A stretch of 64,000 bases of DNA. Source: Eledone cirrhosa. Lineage: Eukaryota. Each line of letters starts with the position of its first letter. Position 1 is the stretch's first letter. Location of the stretch: the NCBI GenBank assembly GCA_964016885.1, contig OZ024762.1:9486001-9550000 (forward strand), read 5' to 3'. Position numbers and translations under genes: made by a program. Shown in pieces: positions 54,470-64,000 of the stretch. The notes under the pieces were generated by a model. The model was given only the letters and a program-made list of their open reading frames with translations, was not told the origin of the DNA and made no database searches.

Positions 54470-54855
54470 AGTCCACTAACCGACCAGCCCTCTACTCAGC
54501 TAAATGACCAGTCCTCTACCCAGCTAAATGACCAGTCCACTAACCAGCTAAATGACCAGTCCACTAACCAGCTAATCGACCAGCCCTCTACCCAGCTAAC
54601 TGACCAGCCCACTACTAAGCTAAATGACCAGCCCACTACCCAGCTAACAGACTAGCTGCTAAACCAGTCCTCCGCTCAGCTAAATGACCAGTCCTCTACT
54701 CAGCTAACAGACCAGTCCTGTGCCTAGTTAAATGACCACTGCACAGCTAACAGACCAATCCCTTACTCAGCTAACAGACCAGTCCTGTGCCTAGTTAAAT
54801 GACCAGTCCTCTATTCAGCTAACTGACCAGTCACCTGCCTAGTTAAATGACCAGT
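54470..54855. repeat. 24-bp minisatellite (cagctaaatgaccagtcctctact)
   Basis: Direct inspection. Confidence 0.88.
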
Positions 54856-55072
54856 TTGTTAAATACTCTACAACAATGACATTAACAATACAACAAAACG
54901 AGAAATAAAAATACAAATAAATACACATAAAGATTCATTGTATTTAATTTACCTTAATTTATGTGGACTTCTTTCTGTTTCACTAATTTAATTTCTCTCT
55001 TTATATATATTATATATATATAGACAGATAGCTAGGTATATATGTGTGTGTTTTGGTAGAAAAACTTTGTTT

Positions 55073-55154
<82 letters not shown>

Positions 55155-55254
55155 ATCTTTGAGATTAGTGGATGGCGGGACAGAATAGATTTAGTCAAGC
55201 TTATGAGAAGTCAGTCTTTGATTAGTCAATGAGTCAATGATAGGAAAGACTTGC

Positions 55255-55590
55255 CTTAAATTAGCTGATGTTAAGACAGTAGTACAATAGTCTTAAATTA
55301 GCTGATGTTAAGACAGTAGTATAATAGTCATAAATTAGCTGATGTTAAGACAGTAGTACAATAGTCATAAATTAGCTGATGTTAAGACAGTAGCATAATA
55401 GTCATAAATTAGCTGATGTTAAGACAGTAGTATAATAGTCATAAATTAGCTGATGTTAAGACAGTAGCACAATAGTCATAAATTAGCTGATGTTAAGACA
55501 CTAGTATAATAGTCATAAATTAGCTGATCTTAAGACAGTAGCACAATAGTCTTAAATTAGCTGATGACAAGACAGTTTAGTCTTAAATTA
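55255..55590. repeat. 37-bp minisatellite, about 8-9 copies
   Basis: Unit taaattagctgatgttaagacagtagtacaatagtca. Confidence 0.93.
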
Positions 55591-55777
55591 GTCGAAGATA
55601 GTGGGACACTGATGTAAGTAAATTTAATTGTAGAATTAAACCTGAAGATCTGAAACGACTACAGCTGACCACAACAACAACAACAACAACCAGCACCACT
55701 GGCAACCACAACAACAAATAATAATAATAATAATAATAATAATAATTATAATCAATTTGTTGTGTTAACTGGCTTAC

Positions 55778-55803
55778 CAATGTCTAAAGTGGGTTTATTT
55801 GCC
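55778..55803 (-). CDS. Candidate 26-nt microexon (ANKPTLDI) linking to the 38133 exon
   Basis: Acceptor gacacctag, donor TTG|GTAAGC; phase 2 in and phase 1 out, in frame with exon 38033..38133. Confidence 0.35.
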
Positions 55804-55851
55804 CTAGGTGTCAACAAGACACTCAACATATAACAGAAAAGCAAAAACAAC

Positions 55852-55888
<37 letters not shown>

Positions 55889-55906
55889 GGTTTTTTTTTT
55901 CCTTAC

Positions 55907-55965
55907 ATGAGCCTGAAACTTTCTCCACTACGGACTGAAGGGAAAGTATATTTGATGGTATTCAT
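55907..55965 (-). CDS. Candidate distal alternative first coding exon of OXR1 (MNTIKYTFPSVRSGESFRL)
   Basis: ATG with in-frame upstream TGA, donor CAT|GTAAGG, phase 2; chains to 55778..55803. No homology support. Confidence 0.35.
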
Positions 55966-56214
55966 GGGTCTTTTTCTTGTTCTTATGTCCAGTGAAGGAA
56001 GTCAGTTCAAGACCTAGTGTACACTATAGTACACTATACTATACTATACAGTATAGTGTGGTATATAGACTACACTATACTATACGGTGTTGCACTGTAC
56101 AGCACTGTAGTGCAGTGTATTGCACCAACGGAATCACTCAATCTTTTCACAAGCTAGACTTCCTGTGACGATAATTATGACGGAGGTGATGATGACAATG
56201 ACTATGACGATGGC

Positions 56215-57050
56215 AATAATAGTGGTGATGTTAGTGGTGATGATAGTGGTGATAACAGTGGCGATGATAGTGGTGATGTTAGTGGCGATGATAGTGGTGA
56301 TAACAGTGGCGATGATAGTGGTGATGTTAGTGGCGATGATAGTGGTGATAACAGTGGCGATGATAGTGGTGATGTTAGTGGCGATGATAGTGGTGATAAC
56401 AGTGGCGATGATAGTGGTGATAACAGTGGCGATGATAGTGGCGATGATAGTGGTGATGATAGTGGTGATAACAGTGGCGATGTTAGTGGCGATGATAGTG
56501 GTGATAACAGTGGCGATGATAGTGGTGATGATAGTGGCGATGATAGTGGTGATAACAGTGGCGATGATAGTGGTGATAACAGTGGCGATGATAGTGGTGA
56601 TGTTAGTGGCGATGATAGTGGTGATAACAGTGGCGATGATAGTGGTGATAACAGTGGCGATGATAGTGGCGATGATAGTGGTGATGATAGTGGTGATAAC
56701 AGTGGCGATGTTAGTGGCGATGATAGTGGTGATAACAGTGGCGATGATAGTGGTGATGATAGTGGCGATGATAGTGGTGATAACAGTGGCGATGATAGTG
56801 GTGATAACAGTGGCGATGTTAGTGGTGATGATAGTGGCGATGATAGTGGCGATGTTAGTGGTGATGTTAGTGGCGATGATAGTGGTGATGATAGTGGTGA
56901 TAACAGTGGCGATGTTAGTGGCGATGTTAGTGGCGATGATAGTGGCGATGATAGTGGTGATAACAGTGGCGATGTTAGTGGCGATGTTAGTGGCGATGAT
57001 AGTGGCGATGATAGTGGTGATAACAGTGGCGATGTTAGTGGCGATGATAG
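56215..57050. repeat. 12-bp minisatellite (agtggygatgat / agtggtgataac)
   Basis: Direct inspection. Confidence 0.93.
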
Positions 57051-57233
57051 TTAAAAATGTATTCTAAAAGTGATTTTAACAGTTGGAAAAAAAGTCCACC
57101 AAGGGTACATCTAGTAGTAATAGTAGTAGTAGCAGCAGTAGTGATGGTGGTGGTGGTGGTAGTAGTAGTAGTAATGGTGGCAGCAGCAGTGGTGGTAGTA
57201 GTGGTAGTAGTAGTAGTAATGGTGGCAGCAGCA

Positions 57234-57275
<42 letters not shown>

Positions 57276-57278
57276 ATG

Positions 57279-57320
<42 letters not shown>

Positions 57321-57362
57321 ATGGTAGTAGTAGTAGTAGTGATGGTAGTAGTAGTAGTGATG

Positions 57363-57413
<51 letters not shown>

Positions 57414-57685
57414 ATAGTAGTAGTAGTAGTTATGGATGATATTAAACAAAATATAAATATGTTTCCTGCTCTGAAATAAAGTTATAGCTAAATACTGATT
57501 GGCTAACGATGATGATGATGATGATGTTAATAATAATAATATTAAAGTTTTACACACTGTGGATAATTATTTATAATAAGGAAGAAAAATAACAACAGTG
57601 TATATATATATGTATATATATATATATATGTATGTATGTATGATATATATATATATATGTATGTATGTATGATATATATATATGT

Positions 57686-57721
<36 letters not shown>

Positions 57722-57739
57722 TTGTGTGATTATATATAT

Positions 57740-57808
<69 letters not shown>

Positions 57809-58374
57809 CAAGTGAATGACAAAACAGAGGTACAAAAAGTCTTATTAGTTTCTTAGTTTCACGCTTTATATGGAAAACGGAAAAGAAAGTTTGATGTATT
57901 GGGCTTTAACCCTTCTTCAGCTGGACAAAAAATAGAGACAGGATCACAAAGGATAACTACAGAAAATAGAAGGTTGACTGTAGTAAAAAAAAACAACATT
58001 AAAATAATGAGAATAGACAAGAAAAACTGGTAGATAGTCTTGGTAACGATTTTGGAACACAAAGTGAAATATGTATGTAGGTAACAGTAGATTTCAGAGG
58101 ACAAAATTCTGTGTGTGTATATGTGTATCAACAGGTATTTGTATGTATAACTCATTTGCATTTAAACCGGCTGTATCTGGCCAGAATTCTTTCACCTCTT
58201 TCTGTTCAAACCTGCTGTAACTGGCCACTCATACTTATGTTAAGGTATTGTTCTCAAAATAAATACTTTCAAAATCTCATAGATTCGATATTATGTGAGA
58301 TAATTATGTGAGGTAAAGCCTTTACTGTGAAAATATAATAGTAAATAAAGAGTATATAAATGCCTAAAGGGTTA

Positions 58375-58850
58375 AGGGTGTCTGATGGTGTATATGTGTC
58401 TATTTGTATATATAAGGGTGTTTGATGGTGTGTATATGTGTCTATTTGTATATATAAGGGTGTTTGATGGTGTGTATATGTGTCTATTTGTATATATAAG
58501 GGTATTGATGGTGTGTATATGTGTCTATTTGTATGTATAAGGGTATTTGATGGTGTGTATATGTGTCTATTTGCATGGATAAGGGTGTTTGATGGTGTGT
58601 TTATGTGTCTAATTGTATGTATAAGGGTATTTGATGGTGTGTATATGTGTCTATTTGTATGTATAAGGGTGTTTGATGGTGTGTATATGTGTCTATTTTT
58701 ATGTATAAGGGTGTTTGATGGTGTGTATATGTGTCTATTTGTATGTATAAGGGTATTTGATGGTGTGTATATGTGTGAGTAGGTATTTGATGGTGTGCAC
58801 GTGTGTGTGAGTTGGTATTTGATGGTGTGTATGTGTGTGTGAGTAGGTAT
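58375..58850. repeat. 39-bp minisatellite
   Basis: Unit aagggtgtttgatggtgtgtatatgtgtctatttgtatgtat-like. Confidence 0.9.
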
Positions 58851-59396
58851 TTGTTTGTGTGTATGTATGTGTGTGTGAGTGCGTTATCAAATGTGGTGGC
58901 TTAGTTGGTGTCCTGTGAGTGAGAGGATCTTGTCCAGTCTGATCTGGACTGATCTGGTCAGGGATGGTCCCTCCCCAGGTAGATAGGCAGGGTGAACAAT
59001 GATACAGGTAACAACTGTGACTCAGGTAAAGTACGGTAAGGGGATCAGTGACACAGGTGAGGCACAGGTAACAACAGTGGCAACTATTTCCAGGTAAGTC
59101 CTAATTAATGCAAGTTTGATCTTGTTTACTGCCCTTCCTTCAGTTTTCTTTCTATCTCTCTTTTCCCTTTTTTGTTCTCAGGGAGTTGTGGGATTGTACA
59201 GAGAAAAGGAAGAGTGTATATATATATATATAAGTGTGTGTATGTGTATATGTGTATATGTGAGTGTATATATATTTGTATGTATGAGTGTATATATATA
59301 TATATATATAAGTGTGTGTATGTGTATATGTGTATATGTGAGTGTATATATATTTGTATGTATGAGTGTATATATATATATGTATGTATGTATGTG

Positions 59397-59427
<31 letters not shown>

Positions 59428-59447
59428 ATGTGTATATATATATGTAT

Positions 59448-59482
<35 letters not shown>

Positions 59483-59539
59483 AATATATATATATGTATG
59501 TGTGTATATATATATATATATATATCAATATATATATAT

Positions 59540-59643
<104 letters not shown>

Positions 59644-59907
59644 GTGTGTAAACAGCGAAACAGGGGTAGTTCAGCTATCTAAGTAGATACAAGTGAAGTA
59701 AAAAGGGAACTAAGGGTCACTTCAAACTCGAAACCTCCACTCCACTTCAGTACTCCTAAAAATATCGAAAATTGAATAAAACAAATTAAATAAAAGATCA
59801 ACTTAAGTGAAGAAAATGTAAGACGTTATCTGTAAATGTCTGCCACAGGTAAGATTAATTGGTGTTGGTCAGGTGTTGAGTTAGAAATATTCGGGTAACA
59901 AATTTTG

Positions 59908-59948
<41 letters not shown>

Positions 59949-60607
59949 CATGTGTGTATGTATGTATATGTATTTATACATACCTTGCTGGGTAAATAAT
60001 GCTAGTGGTAGTCATGATAATGATACTAGTAGGAGTGGTGGTAGTGGTCGTGGTGATGGTGGTGGTGTTAGTGGTGATGGTGGTGTTGGTGATGGTGGTG
60101 ATAGTGGTTGTGGTGTTAGTGGTGGTGTTGGTCGTTGTGGTGTTGGTGGTGATAGTGGTTGTGGTGTTGTTGGTGGTGGTGATAGTGGTTGTGGTGTTGG
60201 TGATGGTGGTGATAGTGGTTGTGGTGTTGGTGGTGGTAGTGGTTGTGGTGTTGGTAGTGGTAGTGGTTGTGGTGTTGGTGGTGGTAGTGGTCGTGGTGAT
60301 GGTGGTGGTGTTAGTGGTGGTGGTGGTGGTGGTGATGGTGGTTGTGGTGTTGGTGGTGGTAGTGGTTGTGGTGTTGGTGGTGATAGTGGTTGTGGTGTTG
60401 GTGGTGATAGTGGTTGTGGTGTTGTTGGTGGTGGTGATAGTGGTTGTGGTGTTGGTGATGGTGGTGATAGTGGTGGTGTTGGTGGTGATAGTGGTGGTGT
60501 TAGTGATAGTGGTGGTGTTGGTGGTGATGGTGATGGTGTTGATAGTGGTTGTAATGGTGGTAGACAATGCCTTTTCAATCTCTGTCTCTCTGTATATCTA
60601 CATATAC

Positions 60608-60640
<33 letters not shown>

Positions 60641-60703
60641 GAGATACATGCATACATACATACATATATATATATATATGTATATATATGTATATATACA
60701 GAG

Positions 60704-60736
<33 letters not shown>

Positions 60737-60849
60737 TATGTAAAAGGTAAACAGAAATAACAGCAGTATATGGAAGGTATATATTAGTTTAACCCTTGGT
60801 ATAGCAGGAAAAGGATATATAAGCATGTGTATGCATGTATGATTAGATT

Positions 60850-60881
<32 letters not shown>

Positions 60882-60963
60882 CATATGCCCTTCCTAAACG
60901 CACACACACACATGCATAATTTATGTAATTGTCTGTAGCTTAATAGTGTGCAAACAAACACAT

Positions 60964-61000
<37 letters not shown>

Positions 61001-61479
61001 CATACACACACATATATATATATACACACATATATATATATATATATGCAATTATGCACATACACACAAAAGCATATGTAAGACAGACTGCCTTAGACAA
61101 ACACAAACCCAGACACATTAGCCTACACACACACACAAACACACACATGTATATGTATATAGGCAATTATGCACACACACATATGTATGTGTATATAGGC
61201 AATCATGCACACACACACACATGTATATGTATATAGGCAATCATGCACACACACAAACATATGTAAGGGTACCTTAGACACACACAAACTCTGGGACATT
61301 AGCCTATATACATATATACACACATTGCTTATGGCTCCTTTGAAGTAGAATAATAGAGCAGACTAATTTTAAATAAATGGTCATGGACAATATAACATAA
61401 ATGTTATAAAGTGGAGGATATATATATATATAAACAAAGAGGGTGTGGTAAGATACCAGGTGGACCCTAACCAAATAAC

Positions 61480-61925
61480 AGCTGGATGCCCTTCCTAATG
61501 CCAACCACATTTACAGTGGTGACTGAGTGCTTTTTGTCATGAGACCTACATGACCACTTTACAGTGAGGACTGAGTGCTTTTTGTTGTGACACCTACACG
61601 ATCACTTTACAGTGTGGACTGGGTGCTTTTTGTTGTGACACCTACATGACCACTTTACAGTGTGGACTGGGTGCTTTTTGTTGTGACATCTACATGACCA
61701 CTTTAAAGTGGACTGGGTGCTTTTTGTCGTGAGACCTACATGACCACTTTACAGTGAGGACTGGGTGTTTTTTGTTGTGACACCTACATGATCACTTTAC
61801 AGTGTGGACTGGGTACTTTTTGTTGTTGTGACAGCTACACGATCACTTTACAGTGTGGACTGGGTGCTTTTTGTTGTAACACCTACATGACCACTTTACA
61901 GTGTGGACTGGGTATTTTTTTTTCG
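61480..61925. repeat. About 47-bp tandem of a SINE internal module
   Basis: ccactttacagtgtggactgggtgctttttgttgtgacacctacatga repeated about 9 times after cagctggatgcccttccta. Confidence 0.88.
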
Positions 61926-62968
61926 TGGAATCTACATATATATATGCACCACCTAAGAGAACATTAGTCTACGACCTCTTTTATACCATAAACGTGGTTC
62001 TGTCTTTGCGCGTAATTGTTTTTCACCGCTCCTATTAATGACGTATTATTCGTTTTTTCCCGTTCTTTGCCAGCGAACGTTTCCACGAACCAAAGTATCG
62101 TCTTCCTGTCTTCCTCCGGTTGCAACGTTTTTTGAAATATCCAGTTCTGCGTTTACAGATTGACTTTGTTAGTTTCAGAAGATCCCGTTAAGGGTGAAAG
62201 CACCGATTCTTTGCTTAAACTTTAATCTGTTATTTTAATAAATATATATATATATATATATATATATGCAAAAGTTTTATTTAAAATTGTTGGGTTACAA
62301 CGAGTAAATATTTTATAACTGATATAAAGCACTCAACAAGTTTTGGAGTAGATATACGATATTAAACAAATGGAAACTATATTTATAAAACCATATCTAT
62401 TTCATTATACATATTTCAGGGATACCAAACCAACTTTTTTAAATGGAAGTTGATCAATATTTTATAGTACGTCAAATTTATTTATAAAACTGCTTATATA
62501 TTGTATTTTATCTAAAGAAGGCATGCCATATTTTTAATATGGTATCCCTGAAATATGTATAATGAAATAGATATGGTTTTATAAATATAGTTTCCATTTG
62601 TTTAATATCGTATATATATATATATATATATAATTCGTTTATGAAATTGTTTTGCAAGATTTCTTAACTAAAAACGTGTGTTGAAACAGACATTGTTATA
62701 CTTTGGGAGGGTCATGTTGCCAATAAAAACACACCTGTTGGTTTTCACTTCAATTTATTACAAGTTTCCAGCTGGTTGATTTGTTGGTTGGCTATTTCGA
62801 TAACTGGATTATTTGTTTATATATTGTCAAAGCTCTAGAACTGTTTCATTCAAAAGAAATCATCAGGAAAGCCAACTGTTATTGTAATACGGTGGTATTT
62901 ATATTGTAATACGGTGGTATTTATATGTTTTCTGGTGGTTGGGGAAGGTTGTGGTTTTGCTCAAGGTA

Positions 62969-63368
62969 TTTGAAGCTCCGACGACTGGCAACTGACTTGG
63001 TAAACACCCACAAAATTGTTAACCATGTTGCCAACAACAACCCTGAGTACCTTTTCGATTTCCATGTGTCTAACACACGTGGACATGCCCACAAAGTAAG
63101 AAAACAGCACAGCTCCCATGACTTTCGGAAACATTTTTTCATGCTCAGAGTTGCTGAAGCATGGAACAAACTCCCTGCATCAGTTGTTAGCTGTCGAGAC
63201 ACTGCATCCTTTAAGGCCTCCATACTTCCCGAGATCCGCCAACAGAACAGCTAACACATACACACATGTACTTCCCTGACATTTGTGTATTATTCTATGT
63301 ACTATATTGACGAGTTGTAGTGCACCTGAACACTTTACACAATAATTTCATTATTATTATTATTATTG
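62969..63368 (+). mobile_element. CR1-clade LINE 3' end with (ATT)n tail
   Basis: LKLRRLATDL...RVAEAWNKLPASVV...FK, then the shared 3' UTR. Confidence 0.9.
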
Positions 63369-63932
63369 TAAAGAACAAAGATTCTTTGAAAAAACTATGT
63401 TTAGAAATATACCCAATAATACAATGACACAGATAAAAGACGAGGTTCACAATCATCTTCGTTTAACGTCCATCTTCCACGCTAGCATGGGTTAGACGGG
63501 AGTTATCCCACTTGAGGCAAGGCTGGTCGGGTGACCGTGTCTTGCTCATATAGGACTATCTGGCAGGTTTTCTACAGCTGGATGCCCTTCCTAACACCAA
63601 CCACATTACAGCGTGGAACTGGGAACTTTTTACCGTCTTACCTACACGGCCACATTACAGCGTGGATAGTGTTTTTTCACAATACATATTTTATATCTGT
63701 AGAGGAAACTAAGGCTGTGTAAATGTTTATATACATTTACACATTTCTAGTATACAGACATGTAAACAAACCAAATATATATATATTTCCCTATATATTG
63801 AAAGCCGATACATAACTAGATTATATACATATAAGTGTCTGAAACTTTAAGACTCTCTTCCTGCTATTTCAAGCGTTAAACTAATATATTTCTTCCATGT
63901 ACTGTGTCGTTTGTTTTGCTATTTCTGTTCAC

Positions 63933-63982
<50 letters not shown>

Positions 63983-64000
63983 ATAATAATAAATTTGAAG

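Overview
AT-rich, microsatellite-saturated animal genomic DNA. The repeat repertoire (tRNA-SINEs with RTE-like (ATG)n tails, CR1/RTE LINE ends, abundant (TA)n) suggests an octopod cephalopod, which is an inference. One protein-coding gene is supported: a minus-strand OXR1/NCOA7-family gene (LysM + GRAM-like region + pre-TLDc linker). I rebuilt it as 10 phase-compatible GT-AG exons from 40366 to 11290 (2133 nt, 711 codons, open at the 3' end). The TLDc exons probably lie left of position 1. Almost all supplied ORFs are microsatellite artefacts. The most striking unexplained structure is a dense set of short elements inserted in (TA)n tracts, often as fold-back palindromes. They carry minimal type-I hammerhead ribozyme motifs (CUGANGA...GAAA...UH, palindromic helix III) from about 8 unrelated sequence families, including recurrent non-canonical cores (U4A; A9U/C). 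This resembles Penelope-like pseudo-LTR or retrozyme remnants, and several lie sense to the OXR1 pre-mRNA. All structures were read by eye; no folding or database search was run.
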